A stretch of DNA of 24,825 nucleotides from Abditibacteriaceae bacterium (GTDB taxonomy: Bacteria; Armatimonadota; Abditibacteriia; Abditibacteriales; Abditibacteriaceae): the NCBI GenBank assembly GCA_031425655.1, contig JANPJS010000182.1, positions 1 to 24,825 of the forward strand, written 5' to 3'. The notes under the pieces are model-generated. The model saw only the letters and a list, made by a program, of their open reading frames with translations, did not search any database and was not told the DNA's origin. Numbering within the stretch: position 1 is the first letter of the stretch; every line of letters starts with the position of its first letter. Of this stretch, positions 8,679 through 17,300 are shown piece by piece. The translations under genes were made by a program, and so were the position numbers.

Positions 8679-9964
8679 CAATCATCGGCGGCGGTTTGGC
8701 TGGCTGCGAAGCCGCGTGGCAGGCCGCCGAGCGCGGCGTGCGCGTGCGTTTGCACGAAATGCGACCCTCGAAGCCGACAAAAGTGCATCAAACCGGCGAT
8801 TTGGCCGAACTTGTCTGCTCGAATTCGCTGAAAAGCAATCTGCTGGATAAAGCCAGCGGCCTGCTCAAAAGCGAAATGCGCCGATTCGATTCGTTGATTA
8901 TTGCCTGCGCCGACGCTTCGGCGGTGGCGGCGGGCAGTGCTTTGGCGGTTGATCGCGTGAAATTTGCGGCGCTGATTACCGAGAAATTGACGGGGCATCC
9001 CAACGTCGAATTAGTGCGCGAAGAAGCCGAAATTATTCCCGGTTCGCCGTGCATCGTCGCCAGTGGCCCTCTCACTTCGAGCGCGCTCGCCGAGGATATT
9101 CAGCGTGTTTTAGGCGGCGAATTTCTCAATTTTTTCGATGCCGTGGCGCCGATTGTAGACGCCGATTCATTGGATTTCGAGACGCTGTTTTTAGCCTCGC
9201 GCTACGACAAAGGCGAAGCGGCCTATTGGAACGCGGCGCTTTCCGAAGACGCCTACGACACGTTGCGCGAGGCCCTGCTTTCAGCGGAAAAAGCCGAGGC
9301 GCACAACGAAGATGACGTGCCGTATTTTGAAAGCTGCCTGCCAATTGAAGAACTGGCCAATCGCGGTCGTTTAACGATGCGCTACGGGCCGCTACGCGGC
9401 GCGGGCTTAACCGATCCGAAAACCGGGAAATGGCCTTTCGCCTGCGTGCAACTGCGCGCCGAAAACGCCGAATCCACCATGTTCAATCTTGTTGGATTTC
9501 AAACGCGCCTCAAATGGCCCGAACAAACGCGGGTGCTGCGCTTAATTCCCGGCTTGCAAAACGTCGAAATCGTGCGTTTTGGCGTGATTCATAAGAATAT
9601 TTTCATCAATTCGCCCGCCGTTTTGCGCCCGACTTTTCAAACGCAGGCACGCGATGATTTATTCTTCGCCGGGCAATTAACGGGCGTCGAGGGTTATGTT
9701 GAAAGCGCGGCGGCGGGGTTAATGGCCGGTTTCAATGCGGCGCGCTTTTTAGGCGGAAAGCAGCCGCTGGTTTTTCCGCGCGAAACCGTGCTTGGCGCCT
9801 TAGCGCATTACATTACGCACGCCGAAGCGAAGCATTTTCAGCCGATGAACTCGAATTGGGCATTGCTTCTGCCGCTGCCCGATAAGCTGAAAAAAGGCGA
9901 TAAACCGGCGGCGCACGTCGCTCGCGCCCAAGCCGCGATGGATGACTTTCTCAAGGAATTGTAA
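8639..9964 (+). CDS. trmFO: Folate/FAD-dependent tRNA m5U54 methyltransferase TrmFO (Gid)
   Basis: IIGGGLAGCEAAWQAA, HEMRP, AELVCSNSL, FFDAVAPIV, SRYDKG, FESCLPIE, NLVGFQTRLKW, FAGQLTGVEGYVESAA, FQPMNSN. Confidence 0.97.
   Translation: MDNSKLKTQNSKLTIIGGGLAGCEAAWQAAERGVRVRLHEMRPSKPTKVHQTGDLAELVCSNSLKSNLLDKASGLLKSEMRRFDSLIIACADASAVAAGSALAVDRVKFAALITEKLTGHPNVELVREEAEIIPGSPCIVASGPLTSSALAEDIQRVLGGEFLNFFDAVAPIVDADSLDFETLFLASRYDKGEAAYWNAALSEDAYDTLREALLSAEKAEAHNEDDVPYFESCLPIEELANRGRLTMRYGPLRGAGLTDPKTGKWPFACVQLRAENAESTMFNLVGFQTRLKWPEQTRVLRLIPGLQNVEIVRFGVIHKNIFINSPAVLRPTFQTQARDDLFFAGQLTGVEGYVESAAAGLMAGFNAARFLGGKQPLVFPRETVLGALAHYITHAEAKHFQPMNSNWALLLPLPDKLKKGDKPAAHVARAQAAMDDFLKEL
8645..8677 (+). repeat. 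Heptamer tandem repeat (AACTCAA)x4 plus a partial unit
   Basis: aactcaa aacttaa aactcaa aactcaa aactg, inside the cca/trmFO overlap. Confidence 0.9.
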
Positions 9965-11004
9965 TGGCGCGCCCTTCGCCGCTTTCGCCCGACCTCAAAA
10001 CGCTGACGCCCGGTTTGCTGCGGCCTCTGGACGCTTTTATCGCCCATTTGCAGGACAATGCGGCTTCGCGGCACACGATTTCGAGCTACGAAAGCGATAT
10101 TCGACAGTTCGCGGGTTGGCTGCGCGGCGAAGGCGAATTGTCGGCGAGGCAAGGCTGGAAACATGTTTCGCATTTGACGCTGCGGCGCTACGTCACGCGC
10201 TTAAACGAAGATTACTCGCGCCCTTCCACAGCGCGCAAGTTGGCGACATTGAAAGCGTTTTTCAAATGGATGGAACACGAAGGGCGCATCAAAGAAAATC
10301 CGGCGCGCCAAATGCGCGCTCCAAAAACGCCGCCGTCTGCGCCCGATGTGTTGGAAATCGCCGAAATCGAGCGGCTTCTTGAAGCGCCCGATTTGTTGGA
10401 GGCGGCGGGCAAGCGAGACCGCGCTTTGCTCGAAGTGCTTTACGCCACGGGAATGCGCTGCTTCGAGTGCGCGGCGCTTACTTTAAGCGACGTGAACTGG
10501 CGCTCCGGCCAAATCCGCGTGCGCGACGGCAAAGGCCGCGCCGTGCGAACTGTGCTGCTGGGCCGTCCGGCGCAGCGCGCCTTGCGCGATTATTTGCAAA
10601 ACGCACGGCCCGAATTGCTGCGTTACGAAGAGATCGCGCAGGCAAAGTTAAAAACAGACCCGGACGCGGTTTTTCTGCGCCAAGCGCGGCAAAAAGCGCA
10701 AAACAAGGCTCGCCCAACCTGCGATGCGCTGTGGCTGAGCCGTCGCGGCAATCCGATGACGGCGATTGCGCTTTACCACGTCGTGCGCCAATGCGCCCGC
10801 CAAGCCGGCTTGGGCAAATGCGTGACGCCACACACGCTGCGCCATTCGTGCGCGGCGCATTTGCTGCGCAACGGCGCCGATTTGTTCGTGGTGCAGGAAT
10901 TGATGGGCCATCGCACCGTAGCCTCGACGCTGGTTTACGAGCGCGCCAACGCACTGGCCGACACGGCCAAAAGCGCGGCGCTGCGAAAGCGGGCTAAAAA
11001 GTGA
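9964..11004 (+). CDS. xerC: Tyrosine recombinase, XerC-like
   Basis: N-terminal SRHTISSYESD and STARKLATLKAFFKW; catalytic R (TGMR), K (GKG), HxxR (HTLRH), H (MGH), Y (TLVY); TAATG coupling to trmFO, a known trmFO-xerC neighbourhood. Symbol is tentative because the protein is divergent. Confidence 0.72.
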   Translation: MARPSPLSPDLKTLTPGLLRPLDAFIAHLQDNAASRHTISSYESDIRQFAGWLRGEGELSARQGWKHVSHLTLRRYVTRLNEDYSRPSTARKLATLKAFFKWMEHEGRIKENPARQMRAPKTPPSAPDVLEIAEIERLLEAPDLLEAAGKRDRALLEVLYATGMRCFECAALTLSDVNWRSGQIRVRDGKGRAVRTVLLGRPAQRALRDYLQNARPELLRYEEIAQAKLKTDPDAVFLRQARQKAQNKARPTCDALWLSRRGNPMTAIALYHVVRQCARQAGLGKCVTPHTLRHSCAAHLLRNGADLFVVQELMGHRTVASTLVYERANALADTAKSAALRKRAKK

Positions 11005-11103
11005 AATTTCTGCCGACCTGTTCTGTATCGGAACCCTGCGTTTCAACGGGCATGAAAGCTGTTTCGCGTGATGCCCCGGCGTCAAGGCCGACGCATTGGT
11101 CTG

Positions 11104-11278
11104 GATTCCCGGCGACTAAAGTCGCGGCTCTGGGCCGGGAACCCTTTGGGTGCTGCCGGGTGTCCCCTGCCCAGAGGGCACCCGGCGCGGACACAGATTT
11201 TAGCTCGCAACTCAGGCCGCGCAGGCGGCCTGGCGGCGGCAAAGCCGCCACGAGCCGCGACTTCAGTCGCCGGGAATC
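11104..11278. repeat. REP/MITE-like palindromic element, copy 1
   Basis: 27-bp inverted arms at 11104-11130 and 11252-11278 (26/27 match), each containing a GCGACTRAAGTCGC-type palindrome; internal hairpins at 11214-11231 and 11235-11249. Confidence 0.88.
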
Positions 11279-11316
11279 TGCCGGCACCGAAGTTTGTAAC
11301 AACAGCGCGAAATCCT

Positions 11317-11325
11317 TGCTATAAT
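11317..11325 (+). promoter_or_regulatory. Putative extended -10 promoter for the phosphatase gene
   Basis: TGCTATAAT matches TGnTATAAT, about 76 bp upstream of ATG 11402. Confidence 0.55.
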
Positions 11326-11401
11326 GAGCCGATAGATTCCGGCTGAATTTGTAGATTCACTGCCTCGCGCATAAGGGCGCGAGGCGCGTTGCTCACCGGT
11401 C

Positions 11402-13882
11402 ATGGACAACTCTTTTCATCTGTCTTATGTCGTGCTGGGCGTTAGCATCCTCAACCTGATTATGGTTGTGGCGTGCCTGCTGCTGGTTTATTTCGAGTGG
11501 AGCGCCGCGCGCCGCCGCGAACTGCTTTATTTGGTTCTCACCGAGGAAAAGCCGGGGCAAAGCTACTTTGCCGCCGCCCGTCGTCGCCGCGCACTTTATA
11601 CACGCCTTCTTCTCGCGTTTTTAGTTCTCACGGCTCATCAGTTCATCGCCGCCAACCTGTTTGCAACGGTCAGCGAACCTTATTTTTATCGGTCTTACCT
11701 CAACTGGTGGCGCACGCAGGGCGGCAGTGTTTTTCAATCGTTCGAGCAATCGCTGCACGTTCAAGTGTGGTGGAACGTTTCGGAAGTGCTGGCGCTGATT
11801 TTATTAAGCACCGGCTTGCTTTACGAAGTGCGTTCGCAGCGCCGCGCCGCAATTGACTGGATTTCCATCGTTTTAGTGGCGGCATGGGTCGTTTTAGTCG
11901 GATTGGTGCTAAAACACATCGTCGGTTTGGGCGGGGGCGAGTCGTGGTCGCCGCTTGCGTTCAAGGTGCTCAATTGGACGTTTTGGCTGCGCATCGCGCT
12001 AATTGCAGGCGTGCTGGGCGCTTTGCTCACTCAAAACCAGCAGGAACACCGGGAATCGGCTTTTAGCCGCTCGGTTTTGCTGTTGGCTTTTTCGGCGTGG
12101 ATGATCGGCGCTTTGCTCAGCCGGGTTTCGCCGGTGGATTTGGCCGAGTCGGCGAGATTTGTGGCAGCTAAGGACAGGGTCAAAAGCCTGGAAAAACAGC
12201 GAGAATTCGTTCCTCTGACTCAATTGGAGCAAGAAGAGTTAACGCAGAAAAGAGAGCTGGCACGATTCGCTCCTAACCCTCTAACGAATCTATTCTTTAG
12301 CCCCGGCGCTATCAGTCTGGGTTGCACCATCGCCTTCGCCCTGCTGCTGATGATGATCACGCATCATGTGCTGACCGAATACGAGGTCATGGAACGCTCG
12401 CGGCATCGTTTGGGACGCGAGCGCCAAGTCATCATCCAATTTTTGCAGCGCATCGGCAGCGCCTTTTCTTCGGCGCCCGAACTCGAAACTGTGCTGAACA
12501 TCATTCTGGATTCGACCATTGACACGACCGAAGCGCACGCCGCAGCGATTTATCTTTACGACCGCGAAACCAAAAAACTCGGCCCGCCCGTGGTGCGACA
12601 CTTTTTCCCGCCGCTCTACACCGATACCTCGCCCGCTTATGACGAGCATCACGGCGGCGCCACCGAAGTGCTTTTAGCCCAGGCCATGCGCCAAACTTTT
12701 GCCCTCGATGAAGGCATCATCGGCGAAGTCGCCAGCAGCGGTAAGGCGCGTTTAATCGCCGATGTGCGTGCCGAAGGCATCGTGCAGGGCAAAACTACGC
12801 AGTATTTCCGCGATTACTCGATGTTGGTGGCGCCTTTGCGCGTGCGCGATGAGCCTCAAGCGGTCATCGCGGTTTTGCAAAAGCAGCGCGGCTCGTTCAA
12901 CGCCGTGGATCAGGCGCTTTTGCAAGCTTTGGCCGATCAGGGCGCGCTCGGCATCACCCATGTGCGCTTGCTGACCGAAGTGCGCGAACAGGAACGCTTG
13001 AAGCGCGAATTGCAAATCGCGCACGATATTCAGCAGCGCCTTTTGCCCGACCGCTGCCCAAATGTGCCCGGCTTCGAGATCGGCGCCTACGGAGCCGCCG
13101 CGACCGAAGTCGGCGGCGATTATTACGACTTTTTCGAGGTTGACTCCGACCATTTGGGTATCGTCGTCGCCGACGTTTCGGGCAAAGGCGTCCACGCCTG
13201 CCTTGTTGTGGCCATGATGCGCAGCGCTTTTCGCATTCAAGCGAAAAACAATCTGGACGTGAAAGACGTGCTGCAAAGCGTCAACGATTTCATCGGCAAC
13301 GACTTGCCGCGCGATATGTTCATCACTTGCGTTTACGGCATTTTGGAAGTTTCGACGCGCCGCTTCACCTGGGCGCGGGCCGGGCACGAGCCGCTGATTT
13401 TGGCGCATTTAGACGACTCCACCGATGTTTTGGCGCCCGCCGGCTTTGCGCTCGGCGTGCTCGGTTCGCCGGATTTCGATCAAATGCTCGAAGTCAATTC
13501 GTTGATTTTGCAACCCGGCGACCGCATTTTGCTTTTCACCGACGGCCTGACCGAAGCGATGAACGCCGAAGGCGAAGAGTTTGGGATGCAGCGCATTTTG
13601 CGCGTTCTCAGCCACGCCGACCCGGCCTCGGCCCCGGCGCACAGCAACGGTATGAACGGCCACAGCAAAAAGGTGCGCCGGCCCGAACCCGATACGCTCT
13701 CGGCCCGACAGTCGCCGATGTTCTCCACTAAACGCGCAGAGGGCGATCCGACTTCTTGTGACTCGCAGCCGCCCGAAGACGACCCGATTGACCTGCTTTC
13801 CATGGAGCGCGCCGTCGAAAACCACGTAGACGGCGCCTCGCCCTCCGACGACCTGACGATGGTCTTTTTAGCCGTGAAGTGA
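11402..13882 (+). CDS. Membrane-anchored GAF + PP2C/SpoIIE (RsbU-like) serine phosphatase
   Basis: Several N-terminal hydrophobic helices; GAF region (GIIGEVA...LVAPL...FNAVDQALLQALADQ); RELQIAHDIQQRLLP, EVGGDYYDF, VADVSGKG, RAGHEP, FTDGLTEA, SDDLT. Confidence 0.92.
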   Translation: MDNSFHLSYVVLGVSILNLIMVVACLLLVYFEWSAARRRELLYLVLTEEKPGQSYFAAARRRRALYTRLLLAFLVLTAHQFIAANLFATVSEPYFYRSYLNWWRTQGGSVFQSFEQSLHVQVWWNVSEVLALILLSTGLLYEVRSQRRAAIDWISIVLVAAWVVLVGLVLKHIVGLGGGESWSPLAFKVLNWTFWLRIALIAGVLGALLTQNQQEHRESAFSRSVLLLAFSAWMIGALLSRVSPVDLAESARFVAAKDRVKSLEKQREFVPLTQLEQEELTQKRELARFAPNPLTNLFFSPGAISLGCTIAFALLLMMITHHVLTEYEVMERSRHRLGRERQVIIQFLQRIGSAFSSAPELETVLNIILDSTIDTTEAHAAAIYLYDRETKKLGPPVVRHFFPPLYTDTSPAYDEHHGGATEVLLAQAMRQTFALDEGIIGEVASSGKARLIADVRAEGIVQGKTTQYFRDYSMLVAPLRVRDEPQAVIAVLQKQRGSFNAVDQALLQALADQGALGITHVRLLTEVREQERLKRELQIAHDIQQRLLPDRCPNVPGFEIGAYGAAATEVGGDYYDFFEVDSDHLGIVVADVSGKGVHACLVVAMMRSAFRIQAKNNLDVKDVLQSVNDFIGNDLPRDMFITCVYGILEVSTRRFTWARAGHEPLILAHLDDSTDVLAPAGFALGVLGSPDFDQMLEVNSLILQPGDRILLFTDGLTEAMNAEGEEFGMQRILRVLSHADPASAPAHSNGMNGHSKKVRRPEPDTLSARQSPMFSTKRAEGDPTSCDSQPPEDDPIDLLSMERAVENHVDGASPSDDLTMVFLAVK

Positions 13883-13939
13883 ATCCAACCCAAGTTGCTA
13901 CCCATCACATTCAACGTAGTGGAGCCGCATTCAGCCCGT

Positions 13940-14202
13940 CATAGGCATCAAGCTAAGGAAAATTTGAAGCAAAATCGGAGCGGAATAGTGTCATTCCGAG
14001 CGAAGTTGGGCCGAAACGCGGGCGCCCTCTGGGCAGGAAGGCGCAACGCAGTCGAGGAATCTTTGCGGCGGCCCCGTGGGTAAAAGTTTCGTCGCCTGCG
14101 CACGACGGCGCGATAAATCGCGTCGCGCCATCGTTCTTCGCTCGGAATGACACACTCTTTTACCCGCACAACCCCCAATTTGGTCTTAGCTTGATGCCTA
14201 TG
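13940..14202. mobile_element. MITE-like element with perfect 18-bp terminal inverted repeats
   Basis: CATAGGCATCAAGCTAAG at 13940-13957 and its exact reverse complement at 14185-14202; flanked by the direct repeat GTGGAGCCGCATTCAGCCC (13919-13937 and 14202-14220); no credible ORF. Confidence 0.75.
13988..14153. repeat. GTCATTCCGAGCGAAG-type palindromic repeat nested inside the MITE-like element
   Basis: Perfect 18-bp inverted arms at 13988-14005 and 14136-14153; contains GTCGAGGAATCT and the palindrome GCGCGATAAATCGCG near 14108-14122. Confidence 0.8.
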
Positions 14203-14216
14203 TGGAGCCGCATTCA

Positions 14217-14319
14217 GCCCCCATCCAACTTCCCCCGGTGGGGGAAGAGCTACGCTTTTCACGGGCAAAATTCCTTGAGAAACCCGGCTCTTCCCCACCG
14301 GGGGAAGTTGGATGGGGGC
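14217..14319. repeat. Long GC-rich inverted repeat, possibly also a bidirectional terminator between convergent genes
   Basis: Arms 14217-14250 and 14287-14319 are complementary apart from one extra G; each arm is itself a TTCCCC..GGGGAA hairpin. Confidence 0.85.
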
Positions 14320-14365
14320 ATGAGCGACGTAGGCGCTTTTCAAACGATAGGTAGCACCTGATAAA

Positions 14366-17300
14366 TCACGTCCCTACAGTTTGCCACTTTTCTTTTTCAT
14401 GGTGACTTAATTCGTGCAGCGTCTCGTCCAAAGCGCGCAAAAAATCCGCGACGTTTAATGGTTTTGTCAGATAAGCTTTGGCTCCGGCGGCTAAAAGGCG
14501 CTCGATTTGTGGCGGTGTGGCATCGGCGCTGATGATGATGACGGGAATCTCGCCGGTGAGAGGCGATTGGCGCAGGCGAGACAGAACTTCTTTGCCGGAG
14601 ATGTCGGGCAGGTTCAAATCGAGCAGAACGAGATCGGGTTTGTGCTGACGCGCCAAGTCCAAGCCCACGCTGCCTTGCATGGCCGCCAACAGCGTAACTT
14701 CGGGCCGGCTTTGCAAAACGACTTCGAGAAGCCGTAGATTGGACAGATTGTCTTCGATGTAAAGCACCGTGTAAGTGCGCTGCGCCGGGAGTCTTGTGGC
14801 CGCATTGAGGCTTGCCGGCGAATTTTCCAGCGCTTCGATGGGAGCGACGGCCTGCGCGAACTCGACGGAAAAGATGCTGCCCTGACCGACAACGCTTTCC
14901 ACTTCTAAAGTGCCTCCCATCGCTTCCACCAGCCGTTGCGAGAGCACCAAACCGAGTCCGCTGCCTTCGATTTCGGATTTTGCGGCGTCCAAACGCTCGA
15001 AGGGCGTGAAGAGTTTGGCCAAACCTTCGGGCGAAATTCCCGGCCCGGTGTCATGCACGGCAATGCGAATTCGGTTATCGGGCTGATGGGTGCAGGAAAC
15101 CGTGACTTGCCCGCCGGAACGATTGTATTTGATGCCGTTAGACAACAAGTTGATAAGCACCTGCTTGAGCTTTTGACGGTCGGCTAAAACATGGATGTCG
15201 CCCAGCGAAGCTGCGTTGTCGTCCAGACGAATGCTGCGCTGCGCCGCCAGAGGTCGCACCAGAGAGCAGGATTCCGGCACTACGTCGGATAAGTCAATCG
15301 GTTCGATGGAAAGTTCGATGTGCCCGGATTCAACGCGGGCAATATCCAAAATCTCATTGATAAGCGTGAGCAGATGGCGCCCGCCCTTGAGAATATGCTC
15401 CACGCTTTCTTTTTCCAACGGCGCAAGATCGTCAGAATCGAGAATTTGACCGAAACCGAGGATGGCATTAAGAGGTGTGCGCAATTCGTGGCTCATGCGC
15501 GAGAGGAATTCGCTTTTGGCCAGATTCGCGGCGTCGGCTTCCTGTTTCGCTTTTTCCAGAGCGTCCGCAGCCTGATGCAAAGTCGCCATCATCACCTGAC
15601 GCTCGGCGTTTTCGATTCGCAGGGCGGCGTTGGCTTTTCCCAGTTCGGAGGTGCGCGCTACAACGTGCAATTCCAACTCGTCATTGACCTTGAGCAGGGC
15701 CGTTTCCGCTTTTCTCTGCTGGCTCACATCACGGAAGCTCCACACCCGGCCTATGCTGCGCCCGCCGATGAATTGCGGTCTCGAATGGCGCTCGAAAAAC
15801 CGGCCATCTTTAAAAACCAGCAGGTCATAACTTTCGGCTTCGGGATGAGCGTATAATTCCTGCACTCTGGCCAAAAAATCATCGCCGTTTTCAAGCTGAT
15901 CCATTACGAAACTCAGCATCTGCTTGTCGTCCTGCGATTCCATGATCTCAGGCGGAATACGCCACAATTCGACGAACTTACGATTGAAACTGGCGACGTG
16001 ACCTGCTTCATCCACGGCCAAAATGCCGTCCACCGTCGCTTCCAACGTGGCTTGAAGCAGCGACAGCGACCTTTCGACCTCGGTCTCGGCTTCTTTGCGC
16101 GCCGTAACATCCATCAATACGCCGTCCCACAGAGTGCCGCCGCTTGACAGCCGCCGGGGACGAGATGCGCCCTCAAGCCATTTGGTTCGACCCGAAGGCA
16201 GCACGAAGCGCCCTTCCCATTTCCACGGCGTCAAAGTTTGCTCGGATTGGGCGGCTAAGGCGTCAAATGCCGGGCGATCATCGGGATGAATCATCTCGAT
16301 AGGGCGAAGCGGATTCTGCTGAATTTCTTCCGGCTCCATTTCGCAAATTTCGCGGCAGCCTTCGCTGATAAAAGGCCATTCAATCGAGCCGTCGGGCTGC
16401 ATAACGAATTGATAAACCATGCCCGGCACGTTGGCCACGATGCTGAAAAACCGTGCATCGCTGGCGCGTAGCTCCTGCTCGGCCTGCTGGCGTTCGGTAA
16501 TGTCCTGCGTTGTGCCGACAGAGCGCAGAGGCCGGCCTTCGTCATCGTAAAATGTCCAGCAGCGCTCGTGGACGATCTTGATCATGCCGTCTTCCATCAG
16601 CACACGGTGGTCAATCTCGTAAGGCATACGGTTGGCGACCGATTCGCGGTAAGCCCGATTTACCGCCAGTCGGTCGTCAGGGTGGACTCTTTCCAAAAAT
16701 ACCTCGCGGGAAACCCCGGATTCGCTGCGGCTCATGCCGAAAATGCGGTAATTTTCGTCCGACCATGTCAGCACGTTGGTGCGTAAATCCAATTCCCAAC
16801 TTCCAACTTTGGCGACCATCTGAGCTTCGGCCAAGCGCGCTCTTTCGATTTCCAGATGCTCCGCGAAGCGACGTTGCTCCTGCTCGCTTTTGCGGAGCGC
16901 TGCTTCGGTCTGCTTGCGCTCTGTGGCGTCAATCGAAACACCGATAATGCCGGTCAAGTTTCCAGACGCATCATAGATCGGTTCATTGGTTATGAAAGCC
17001 GGAAAGGTAGTGTCATTGCGGCGTTGCACGATGAATTCTCCCGACCAACTCTCGCCACGGCTGATGGTTGCCATAATTTTAGCGGCGTGTTCCCGCGAAA
17101 TCTCAGGAACGGTGACCGAGGCAATGTGCTGGCCGAGGACTTCAGGCGCCGGCCAGCCATAAAGCGTTTCCGCAAAATGATTCCAATAAACGATATTGCC
17201 GTGCAGATTGGTGGCGATAACTGCCTGTCCTACGGTATCCAGCAGGCGGGCTTGAAAACGAATTTGCTCGTCGGCGCGCGAGCGTTCGATAGCTACCGAC

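Noticed and set aside
9964..11300. Integron (integrase plus attI/attC)
   Set aside because: The gene is coupled to trmFO like xerC, there is no cassette array, and the hairpins lack clear RYYYAAC/GTTRRRY ends.
10994..11346. ORFs 11001..11324 (+), 10994..11302 (-) and 11068..11346 (+)
   Set aside because: They are translations of the palindromic repeat element and show no protein motifs.
13919..14220. Direct repeat pair as a CRISPR array
   Set aside because: Only two 19-bp copies about 280 bp apart, no regular spacers and no cas genes.
13895..14343. ORFs 13948..14343 (-), 13953..14153 (-) and 13895..14083 (+) as a possible transposase or small proteins
   Set aside because: Peptides such as VIPSE and LPPPGEVGWG arise directly from the inverted repeats; no transposase motifs.
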